Of a stretch of DNA of 64,000 nt, positions 27,797 to 35,228 are shown in pieces. Position 1 is the stretch's first letter. Every line of letters starts with the position of its first letter. The translations under genes were made by a program, and so were the position numbers. The DNA lies in assembly GCA_045657105.1 (NCBI GenBank), contig JAZOSN010000032.1, positions 12,477 to 76,476 on the forward strand, given 5' to 3'. The stretch is from Eubacteriales bacterium (GTDB lineage: Bacteria > Bacillota > Clostridia > Oscillospirales > CAG-272). The notes under the pieces are model-generated. The model was given only the letters and a program-made list of their open reading frames with translations, was not told where the DNA came from and did no database searches.

Positions 27797-28420
27797 CTAA
27801 AGATCTTCAAAGCGAATTTTGTTCATTTCGGCACATTTTTCCGCACACGAGCCGCTGTGACCCTTGACGACGAGATCGGGGTGTACATACCCTGAAATCT
27901 GACGCGGCATCGGGCTGCCGTCGTTAAGTGTTTTGCCGAATGCCGCGGGTTCAAAAACTGTATTTTCCCCTAAAACGGTTATTTCGCGAAGCTTTTCACA
28001 TATTCCGAAAGCATTTCCTCGCACAAGCTCAAGCGACTTGGGAAGTGTAATTTTGCGAATCGAAGAGCCTGAAAACGCACCCACGTCAATCACAAGAATA
28101 CCCTCGGGAATCGTAAGTGAGTCAAGTGTCGCATTGTACCCAAAGGTACACGCTCCGATAACCTCGACAGAACCGTCGCTTGGAATGGTACATTGGTTAA
28201 GTCCCAAGACAAGTGTCCTTGTGTCTCGGTGAATGAGACAACCGTTCGTGTATGAAAAATCGGTATTCCCCTCAGCTACTTTGATCGTTTCAACACCGTC
28301 AAAGGCATACGCCATAAGCAAGGTTTCCGAAACACTTTCCGCTTCTGCGGGGATGGTCAGAACACCATCGCCGTCATTCAAAATATCGATAATAACTCCC
28401 GATTCAATTACTGTTTTCAT
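27797..28420 (-). CDS. BspA-type leucine-rich repeat (LRR_5) protein, cytoplasmic
   Basis: Repeats such as VEVIGACTFGYNATLDSLTIPEGILVIDVGAFSGSSIRKITLPKSLELVRGNAFGICEKL; no signal peptide. Confidence 0.7.
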   Translation of the reverse strand: MKTVIESGVIIDILNDGDGVLTIPAEAESVSETLLMAYAFDGVETIKVAEGNTDFSYTNGCLIHRDTRTLVLGLNQCTIPSDGSVEVIGACTFGYNATLDSLTIPEGILVIDVGAFSGSSIRKITLPKSLELVRGNAFGICEKLREITVLGENTVFEPAAFGKTLNDGSPMPRQISGYVHPDLVVKGHSGSCAEKCAEMNKIRFEDL

Positions 28421-28489
28421 TTTTATATCTCCTTTACAGATTTAATTATCAAAAATGTATTTGTATGCGTTAAAGAATAAGGGATTGCT

Positions 28490-29092
28490 TTATTTCCATC
28501 TTTCATCCGCCCAATCTATTGCTTCGTTTCTGCCCATATCAAGCAGACATGCTCGGTATCCATCTGCATACTGTGCAGGAATGATCTTAACTACTTTGCT
28601 TCCGTTTCCGTCATAGAAGCTGACACTTACCGTATCTTCCGTTTCTTGTCTTATGATAAAGCCCGAGGTTATCTTTCTCCTTTCATATCCCTCGATCGGC
28701 GTAACGGAATAATAGGAATACAGTCCTTCCTCAGAGCAATCCCATGTATCTACGATCGTTCCGTTTATTACTGCACTCCAGTGCCCGGACATCGAAATAA
28801 TATATCGTCCCTTGGGATGGATTTCACAAAATTCATGGGCACTTACACGAGAACCGTCATCCTTTTTAGGTATAGCTACTCTTGGGAATCCCAAAACTTT
28901 TTCAACATAGCTTCTTGGGTTTCCAGGAGAATTGAAGTCCTTTGCTCCCGTTATCTTTTTGTGAGCATTAAGACCTCGTTGCACATCCATATAGTCCATT
29001 CCGCAGGTGACTGAAATTGCTCGTTTTACACAGTCATCAACAAGCAAATGCCTCGGATGAGCGTTGTAGTATCTGAAGTTACTGTTCTCCAT
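28490..29092 (-). CDS. hypothetical protein with a possible Cys-His-Asp (papain-like) triad
   Basis: DDCVKRAISVTCG near the N-terminus and SGHWSAVINGTIVDTWD about 85 aa later resemble papain-like/C39-like peptidase cores (by eye only). Confidence 0.45.
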   Translation of the reverse strand: MENSNFRYYNAHPRHLLVDDCVKRAISVTCGMDYMDVQRGLNAHKKITGAKDFNSPGNPRSYVEKVLGFPRVAIPKKDDGSRVSAHEFCEIHPKGRYIISMSGHWSAVINGTIVDTWDCSEEGLYSYYSVTPIEGYERRKITSGFIIRQETEDTVSVSFYDGNGSKVVKIIPAQYADGYRACLLDMGRNEAIDWADERWK

Positions 29093-29095
29093 ATT

Positions 29096-29356
29096 TTAGC
29101 TCCTTTCTTTCATAATGCGGTTATATTCATCACGGTATTCTCGCAGTGTAGCACCGTTTGCGGCAGAATAGTGATCCTCTGGGAATCCGTCGTATTCCCA
29201 GCCGCAGTGTCCGCAGATGTAGTAATTATCGAGTGTTTTTTGCCCGCAAACAGGGCAAAGTATAACGGTGTAAATATCGTCTACGACGGTCCCGAGCTCA
29301 GGTAACTCGCATCCGACAAATTCCCCGCGTATTGCGGCGTAAATGTTTTCTTTCAT
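29096..29356 (-). CDS. CPCC-family cysteine-rich (zinc-ribbon) protein
   Basis: CPVCGQKTLDNYYICGHCGWEYDGFPED matches the Cys_rich_CPCC pattern. Confidence 0.7.
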   Translation of the reverse strand: MKENIYAAIRGEFVGCELPELGTVVDDIYTVILCPVCGQKTLDNYYICGHCGWEYDGFPEDHYSAANGATLREYRDEYNRIMKERS

Positions 29357-29365
29357 AAACTCTCC

Positions 29366-29692
29366 TTAAAATCTGTATTTGGCAGCAGTCTGCGCAAGCC
29401 ATTCTTCTGCTTTTCTTACACCGCTTTCCGAGCTTTCAAATTCTGCTCGTTCAAAATCGGTTTTGTTTCCGCCAAGATGCCAAGGCTGGATTATATAGCT
29501 TTCGGCAATCAAACGAAATGTGCTTTCTTCGCCGCTTGATATGTCCACGTAAACGCGGTAGTTAAACGTTCGTGCACTCACACACCCTTGATCGGGAAGT
29601 GTGCCCATAGAGCCCGAGTAGGTGTTTGTAACAAAACGCCCTTCGTGCTTGCTTACAAGCCAATGATAATGCGTCAGATCAATCTTCGACAT
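29366..29692 (-). CDS. hypothetical protein
   Basis: GGAGG RBS 6 nt before the ATG at 29692; overlaps the 3' end of the upstream gene by 14 nt (translational coupling). Confidence 0.5.
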   Translation of the reverse strand: MSKIDLTHYHWLVSKHEGRFVTNTYSGSMGTLPDQGCVSARTFNYRVYVDISSGEESTFRLIAESYIIQPWHLGGNKTDFERAEFESSESGVRKAEEWLAQTAAKYRF

Positions 29693-30335
29693 AGTTAACC
29701 TCCACATTTATGACTTGTACCTTGTTGTGCTTCAACTTTTGGGTGGGATAATTCGGGCATACAGCAATAAATACCTGTCTGCCGAGTCTTGCAAGTTCGT
29801 CAATATAAGGAGAAACGTCTACAGATTCATCAATACGATCAAAAAAGTGGTAAATAAATATAGGACGAGAATCACCGTTGTTCGTATCTATATTTAATGT
29901 TGTTAAGAATTTTTCGAAAGACAATAGAACTTTTTCTGACATCGGCAGGCACGAGGTAGATGAACGCATATCCTCATCGGCGAAAACGTGGCAGGTGTTA
30001 ATGTTACGGGCTCGCCTTTTTTTCTCGTACTCTTGAGTATCAGGCAGAGAAAAAAATCTTTTTTCTTTCGTGAAGTTAACACCCATAGTGTGTTCTGCAT
30101 CCGCCGAGTAGATATAGCAAATGTCATACTCCTTTTTGTCTATTTCAACACACCCGTGGATAATAGATTCGTGAGGTATGTGGATACCTGTGGCTTGATC
30201 CCCTCTGTACGTTCCCGTCATTGCCTCTATAAATAGCATATATTTGTCGCTGTTAGTTCCCTTAAAGCACATAATCGGTGTTTCAAGGGTTATCTCTCCG
30301 CTGCTATCATTAAAATCAATTCGTTTTACCTTCAT
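29679..30335 (-). CDS. hypothetical protein, possible degenerate ABC/SMC-like ATPase
   Basis: The N-terminal strand-loop FKGTNSDKYMLFIEAM sits where a Walker A would be but lacks GK(S/T). The C-terminal PIFIYHFFDRIDESVD...LARLGRQVFIAV resembles Walker B/D-loop. Confidence 0.45.
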   Translation of the reverse strand: MKVKRIDFNDSSGEITLETPIMCFKGTNSDKYMLFIEAMTGTYRGDQATGIHIPHESIIHGCVEIDKKEYDICYIYSADAEHTMGVNFTKEKRFFSLPDTQEYEKKRRARNINTCHVFADEDMRSSTSCLPMSEKVLLSFEKFLTTLNIDTNNGDSRPIFIYHFFDRIDESVDVSPYIDELARLGRQVFIAVCPNYPTQKLKHNKVQVINVEVNYVED

Positions 30336-30396
30336 ACCGAATTCCTTTCTTTACATGAAACTGTGGTGGTTGTAAATTCAGTATAACATATAGCAT

Positions 30397-30412
30397 GTGC
30401 GAAAAAACCACC
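30397..30412 (-). promoter_or_regulatory. operator-like repeat (copy 2, GGTGG-T6-CGCAC in gene sense)
   Basis: Lies 11 nt upstream of the minus-strand TATACT (extended -10 TGTTATACT = 30380-30388), directly in front of the 30335<-25274 operon. Confidence 0.5.
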
Positions 30413-30415
30413 ATC

Positions 30416-30447
30416 AAAAAAGCAAGAGCATAAAACTCTTGCTTTTT
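30416..30447 (-). terminator. intrinsic terminator after the WYL regulator gene
   Basis: AGCAAGAG/CTCTTGCT stem flanked by an A-run and a T-run, 10 nt after the stop at 30457. Confidence 0.75.
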
Positions 30448-30456
30448 ATAAAAATA

Positions 30457-32028
30457 TTACGTGTCTATTCTGAAATCAATTTCGGGGATACACTTTTTTA
30501 ACTTCTCGATATCGATACAGTCGGCAGTTTCTTGATCAACTCGCAAAATTTGAAGATTTTTAGCTTCATATATTGGCGAAAGATCCAACTTTTGCGCACC
30601 GTGCAGTTGTAATCTTGTAAGGGCGTTGCATTTATTAATGGGTGAAAGATCTGCGGTTCCGGGTTTTATAATATCAAGCTCTTTCAAGCGCGGAAGATCT
30701 TTGATAAATGAAATATCAATTTTATCTCCGCCGCCAATATACACCTTCTCGCTGTTGATATAATCTGACAGCATATTCCAATCGGTAACGACCGATGCGT
30801 CGTAAATTTTAATAGTTTTAACAGCTTCCACTCTTTCCGATAGAGACATCGCCTTGTGTTTTTTGAAATTACTTAATCCTACATTTAGCATTTTACCGAT
30901 CAGTAAACAGTTTTTAGATATTGTAGTATTACACGAGTAAAATTCTATATCTTGGTCGTTTTGAATATATCGAATCTTCATCATCCGCGCCATGCTTTGC
31001 AATCTATATCGCAGATCTTGTGGCTCGATTACATCAACACTATCTGCATGGTGTAGTGCAAAGCGGAAAACATCTTCGAAATTCGCGCTGAACGTGATCT
31101 CTCGAAAAACAGAATTTGTTTTTGTAATATTGACCCTCGTGCCAAACTCATCAATAACATCACCGATGCCGCTCTCGGTTGCGCGCAACTTTATATATCC
31201 GATTTCGCCTTCTTGCATATAGGGGTGCTGAAGCAAATATTCACGAACATCTTTGTAAAGCTCGGATTCAGCCTTTGAATCAAGGATAGTAATCTCCGTC
31301 ATTTTGTCAATTCTGTAGTGTCTTAACTTTTTTTCCCCGAGTATCGTTCCGATTACATAATATCTACCATGCGATGTAACTATGTGATACGGATTGAAAG
31401 TGATTTTATCATTTGAAATTCGGTGCAGCTCCTTGTCGGATGCATATTGACATTCATAGAATGAAACCTGTCTGCGTACTCCACGTGAATGGGCTACATT
31501 TTCTTCGGTTTTAAAATTTAGAGCTTCACTAAGCGCATTAAGATTATCCGCAAAAGTATTACTTTCAGAAGCAAAAGCCTTGCTTTCACTGAATTCTCCA
31601 ACGTTGCTTGCGTTTTTATTTCTGGAAAATCTGGTCAGCTTTTCGACAAGCTTTTTGGAGGCTTCTGCATCAAGATTTTTATCAAATTTTACATGATCGA
31701 TCAAAAGCAAAAGTTCGCCTTTGGAGAAACGTTCTTTTTGTGCAAGGTAAATGTCGGTCATAACACCCTTAGTGTTCTTACGTTTTTCCTTACTGTATTT
31801 AACGGCATAAGGATTATTACCTTTTTCGTCACAAAGCTCTTTGAATTTTTCAATATTCTCGCGAACGGTCTTTGGCGTTACTTCTATAGCAAATTTTTCT
31901 TTAAGTCTGTTTGCTATTTCGGTACATGTCATTTTTTTGATCTTTCCGGTTCTTATATCTAGTCGTCCGGTTTCTTTTTGCAGTATATTGAGTATTCCTA
32001 CTGCAACCATTCTTTTATCACTGCTCAT
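30457..32028 (-). CDS. HTH-WYL domain transcriptional regulator with a C-terminal leucine-rich-repeat extension
   Basis: AGGAGG RBS before the ATG at 32028. N-terminal wHTH-like MTCTEIANRLKEKF..., WYL-like core GRYYVIGTILGEKKLRHYRIDKM, and C-terminal LRR units (LKELDII..., LTRLQLHG..., LQILRV). Confidence 0.7.
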   Translation of the reverse strand: MSSDKRMVAVGILNILQKETGRLDIRTGKIKKMTCTEIANRLKEKFAIEVTPKTVRENIEKFKELCDEKGNNPYAVKYSKEKRKNTKGVMTDIYLAQKERFSKGELLLLIDHVKFDKNLDAEASKKLVEKLTRFSRNKNASNVGEFSESKAFASESNTFADNLNALSEALNFKTEENVAHSRGVRRQVSFYECQYASDKELHRISNDKITFNPYHIVTSHGRYYVIGTILGEKKLRHYRIDKMTEITILDSKAESELYKDVREYLLQHPYMQEGEIGYIKLRATESGIGDVIDEFGTRVNITKTNSVFREITFSANFEDVFRFALHHADSVDVIEPQDLRYRLQSMARMMKIRYIQNDQDIEFYSCNTTISKNCLLIGKMLNVGLSNFKKHKAMSLSERVEAVKTIKIYDASVVTDWNMLSDYINSEKVYIGGGDKIDISFIKDLPRLKELDIIKPGTADLSPINKCNALTRLQLHGAQKLDLSPIYEAKNLQILRVDQETADCIDIEKLKKCIPEIDFRIDT

Positions 32029-32072
32029 ATTTGCCTCCTGTAGTTTTGTATCACTATTATAGTAAGCACAAA

Positions 32073-32088
32073 GTGCGAAAAAACGCAC
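32073..32088 (-). promoter_or_regulatory. operator-like inverted repeat GTGCG-T6-CGCAC (copy 3)
   Basis: Lies 11 nt upstream of the minus-strand TATAAT (32056-32061) in front of the WYL regulator gene. A second extended -10 (TGTGATATAAT, minus strand) lies just upstream. Confidence 0.55.
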
Positions 32089-32330
32089 ATTGATATTATA
32101 TCACAGATCTTTTAATTTGTCAAATTCCTGAAGCGCCATGCGGAGGGTGTTGCCACTGTAATATTTGACTTTAAGTGAAGGAGATCGTCACAGTTTGATA
32201 AGGACGTTTTCTACATATTAGACGATGTTGAAATACGGGTTCCCCCTTATAGGGTAATTATTGAATTTGGGTTGAAAACGTTCTTTTTTGATATGATTCC
32301 GTCCAAATCCGTATTGATTACGTAAGTAGA

Positions 32331-32380
32331 ACTGCTCTAAATCGTTCTAATCGATGATAATCGTTTCTAAACGCTTCTCA
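32331..32380. repeat. five tandem 10-bp units (consensus aTCGtTCTAA)
   Basis: ACTGCTCTAA ATCGTTCTAA TCGATGATAA TCGTTTCTAA ACGCTTCTCA, in exact 10-nt register. Confidence 0.6.
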
Positions 32381-32553
32381 ATAATATATCCTTTAAAAAT
32401 CGTCTGTCCTTTAGAAATGATAGAGTTTCGAGAAGCTTTTGCGGTCATTTTCTTTTGGAAATAACTATCGTTTTCAACGCAAAATCATTTTAATATGACA
32501 AGAAGAATGACTTTCATTCAGAGACGCAACCGAGGGTAGAAAATCCCTGTTCT

Positions 32554-32780
32554 TCATTTCTGAAAGAGGGTCATTTTCATTTCGTAAAGAGCATCATCAC
32601 TCTCGAAAAGAACATCATCCGTCATATTGAAACGAGAGCACTTCATCATATCGAAAGGGCGGCGGCATCATTTCAAAACGAAAGTTTTGCCTTCCATTAA
32701 TCTAAAAAGAAATCCAAAATAAATCTGAATGACTCATTTCAAAATGATAGATGATATATCATCTTGAAATGAAAGATACG
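32554..32780. repeat. iteron-like array of about 8 degenerate units of 17-28 bp (core TCAT..TC..GAAAG)
   Basis: Units start at 32554, 32571, 32594, 32615, 32643, 32668, 32734 and 32759. Each has TCAT(T/C) followed by a (T)GAAA(G) core. Confidence 0.55.
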
Positions 32781-32799
32781 AACAATTCCCATAAAAGAC

Positions 32800-32833
32800 G
32801 GTCCGTACCGAGAGGTGCGGACCATATTTTTTT
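32800..32833 (+). terminator. possible intrinsic terminator at the end of the ORF-free segment
   Basis: GGTCCG/CGGACC stem with a 12-nt loop, then ATATTTTTTT. The stem is short, so this is tentative. Confidence 0.4.
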
Positions 32834-33076
32834 GTGAAAAATTTTTTGTATTTTTCTTGAAATACCCCCTTTTTGCAAAGCATTTATTATTTACAAAAGC
32901 AAAATTGGAGGTGAGAGGGATGTATAGAACTTCGTGACTAAAATTTTTGTAGGGAAGAACAAATAACGAAAAAACGCTGCCCGATTAAAAAAGCAGTTTC
33001 GGGCAATAATAGAAAGGAAGGATTTTACTATGATGAATTGTGTTTTGATGCAGAGGACTCGTGAAGGTGAGGTGCT

Positions 33077-33259
33077 GTGGCTACGGAATCAAACACTATT
33101 AATATAAGTGAAAAAAAGAAAAATCTCGTTATGGAACAGCTATGGCTTACCTATTTTAACGACAGTCTTTTAAAAAGCGGCGTAATATCGAAAGATGAGC
33201 ACGAGAGAATGCGTGTGATCATCAAAAACCGCTCTTTTCGTATAGAACAGCAAGGGTAA
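33077..33259 (+). CDS. small hypothetical protein upstream of the recombinase
   Basis: GTG start behind a GGTGAGG RBS; 60 aa, helical-looking (LWLTYFNDSLLKSGVISKDEHERMRVII); followed by a hairpin with a T-run. Confidence 0.45.
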   Translation: MATESNTINISEKKKNLVMEQLWLTYFNDSLLKSGVISKDEHERMRVIIKNRSFRIEQQG

Positions 33260-33266
33260 GTATTAT

Positions 33267-33304
33267 GGGCGGCGAAATTTATTTTGCCGCCCGTGACTTT
33301 TTTT
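33267..33304 (+). terminator. intrinsic terminator after the small ORF
   Basis: GGGCGGC/GCCGCCC stem followed 4 nt later by T8. Confidence 0.55.
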
Positions 33305-33314
33305 GTGAAGTCTA

Positions 33315-33343
33315 TTGAAAAAGTTAAATCTTTGTGATATAAT
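33315..33343 (+). promoter_or_regulatory. sigma-A type promoter for the recombinase gene
   Basis: TTGAAA (33315-33320), a 17-nt spacer and TATAAT (33338-33343) with an upstream TGTGA extended -10. Confidence 0.55.
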
Positions 33344-33383
33344 GAAACAAGGTAATGATATAACGAACTTTTGGAGGAAAGAT

Positions 33384-35141
33384 ATGGATATACATAATAT
33401 TCGTCAGGAAATTCGATATAAGTCTATATTCGATGTGCCTATGCGCGTGACCTACTATGCCCGCGTTTCATCGGAGTCGGACGAGCAGTTAAATTCTCTG
33501 GGCAACCAGATCAATTATTACGAAGACTTTATCAAGAAGAATCCCGCTTGGGTGTTTATCAGCGGATATATCGACGAGGGTCTGTCCGGTATTTCCACGA
33601 AAAAGCGCGAGAACTTCAACCGCATGATCGAAGATGCGGCACAAGATAAGTTTGACCTTATTATCACAAAGGAAATCTCCCGTTTTGCCCGTAACACGCT
33701 GGACTCCATTCAGTACACCCGCCAGCTTCTCGGCTACGGCGTAGGCGTGTTTTTTCAGAACGATAATATCAACACTCTCGACGAGGATTCCGAGCTGAGA
33801 CTCTCGATTATGTCCTCTATCGCGCAGGACGAGCTGAGAAAGCTTTCCAGCCGCGTGAAATTCGGTCATCAGCAGGCGATCAAGCAGAATGTGGTTCTCG
33901 GCAACAATCGCATCTTCGGCTACAAGAAGAACAACAAACGCCTTGTGATTGACGAGGATGAAGCTCCGATGGTCAGAGAATTGTTCGAGCTTTATGCCAC
34001 CGACAACTACAGCATGAAGCAGATCGAAAAGATCTTCTGGGACAAGGGCTACCGCAATCACAACGGCAAGAAGATAGCACACTCCACCATGGCAAATATG
34101 ATCGCCAACCCCAAATACAAGGGCTACTACGTGGGCAACAAAGTGAAGGTCGTTGATATGTTCACCAAAAAGCAGAAGTTCCTGCCGCCCGAGGAATGGG
34201 TCATGTTCAAGGATGAAAGCGGTGAGATCGTACCGGCAATTGTTAGCGAAGAGCTTTGGGAAAGCGCCAATGTAGTTCTACGCCGCAGAAGCGAGGACGT
34301 GAAGAACCGTCAAGGCATTTGCAATCACGCCAATCTGCTTACGGGAAAGCTTTTCTGTACCGACTGCGGTACGCCTTATTACCGCAGAGAGTCCAAGGAC
34401 AAAGAGGGCAACAAAAACAGCAAGTGGGTATGCTCAAACAAAATCAACAGCGGCAAGGATGCCTGCGCTTCGTTCCCCGTTTACGAGGAGGAGATCAAGC
34501 CGGTCCTGTTCGAGGTGTTTAGGGACACCAAGGACAGCTCCGCCGCAATGATGCTTGAATACGAAAAGCTTTATCTGTCTATGACTGCAAACGGCAAGCT
34601 TGACAAAATGATCGCCAAGCGGGAGGGAATCATTGATCTTGCAAACAAGAAAAAGAGCGCGCTTCTGAAACTCGTTGCCGAAGGGAATATCAACGGCAAG
34701 GACTTTAAGGAAATGACCGAAGCGTGCAACAAAGAGATCCACGATGCCGAGGCAGAGCTGATTGAACTGAAAAATCAGCAGGAGTCTAGCGAGGAATTTA
34801 AGAAGCATATGGAAAAGGTGCGTGCCGTTCTCAGGGCTGCCGAGCGTGATATCGAAATGGGCGAGATTTCCAAGGATTTTATTGACACCTTTATTGATAA
34901 GATTTTTGTCACACCTTTTGAGGACAAAACCGTGGAGCTTCGCATCAAGATCTTCACCGGAGAAACCACCGAAAGATACCTCAAAAAACTCAAAGGTCGT
35001 GCTTGTATCATCACTACACCATCTGCCCGAAGCGAAGAAAATGCCGTAAATACAGGGGGCTCCGACCCTCAAAGTCGTACGGGACACACGATTAAGAAGA
35101 TGGTCGAGAAGTACGAGAACGACCTTAAAAACAACAAATAA
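33384..35141 (+). CDS. large serine recombinase (resolvase N-terminal domain, recombinase domain, zinc ribbon, coiled coil)
   Basis: GGAGGA RBS before the ATG at 33384. N-terminal RVTYYARVSSESDEQLNSLGNQ (catalytic Ser region), ITKEISRFARN, a Cys-rich CTDCGTPYYRR...WVCSNK segment, and a long coiled-coil tail. Confidence 0.9.
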   Translation: MDIHNIRQEIRYKSIFDVPMRVTYYARVSSESDEQLNSLGNQINYYEDFIKKNPAWVFISGYIDEGLSGISTKKRENFNRMIEDAAQDKFDLIITKEISRFARNTLDSIQYTRQLLGYGVGVFFQNDNINTLDEDSELRLSIMSSIAQDELRKLSSRVKFGHQQAIKQNVVLGNNRIFGYKKNNKRLVIDEDEAPMVRELFELYATDNYSMKQIEKIFWDKGYRNHNGKKIAHSTMANMIANPKYKGYYVGNKVKVVDMFTKKQKFLPPEEWVMFKDESGEIVPAIVSEELWESANVVLRRRSEDVKNRQGICNHANLLTGKLFCTDCGTPYYRRESKDKEGNKNSKWVCSNKINSGKDACASFPVYEEEIKPVLFEVFRDTKDSSAAMMLEYEKLYLSMTANGKLDKMIAKREGIIDLANKKKSALLKLVAEGNINGKDFKEMTEACNKEIHDAEAELIELKNQQESSEEFKKHMEKVRAVLRAAERDIEMGEISKDFIDTFIDKIFVTPFEDKTVELRIKIFTGETTERYLKKLKGRACIITTPSARSEENAVNTGGSDPQSRTGHTIKKMVEKYENDLKNNK

Positions 35142-35195
35142 GTAAGTTTATTACTGCATTTTAAACCGAAACGAAATACCTTTTCGGTTTGAGAA

Positions 35196-35228
35196 AGCGG
35201 GAGGCCCGGTGCTTCCTGCTTTTTCTTT
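35196..35228 (+). terminator. intrinsic terminator downstream of the recombinase
   Basis: 9-bp stem AGCGGGAGG/CTTCCTGCT (two G-U pairs) with loop CCCGGTG, then TTTTCTTT. Confidence 0.6.

Noticed and set aside
32554-32780. The repeat array as a CRISPR array.
   Set aside because: The units are degenerate, of unequal length (17-28 bp) and directly abutting without unique spacers. No cas genes are present.
33315-33383. An N-terminal extension of the recombinase from the TTG at 33315, as given in the ORF track.
   Set aside because: The TTG coincides with the -35 box of the predicted promoter. The ATG at 33384 has a GGAGGA RBS and leaves the catalytic Ser region at the normal distance from the N-terminus.
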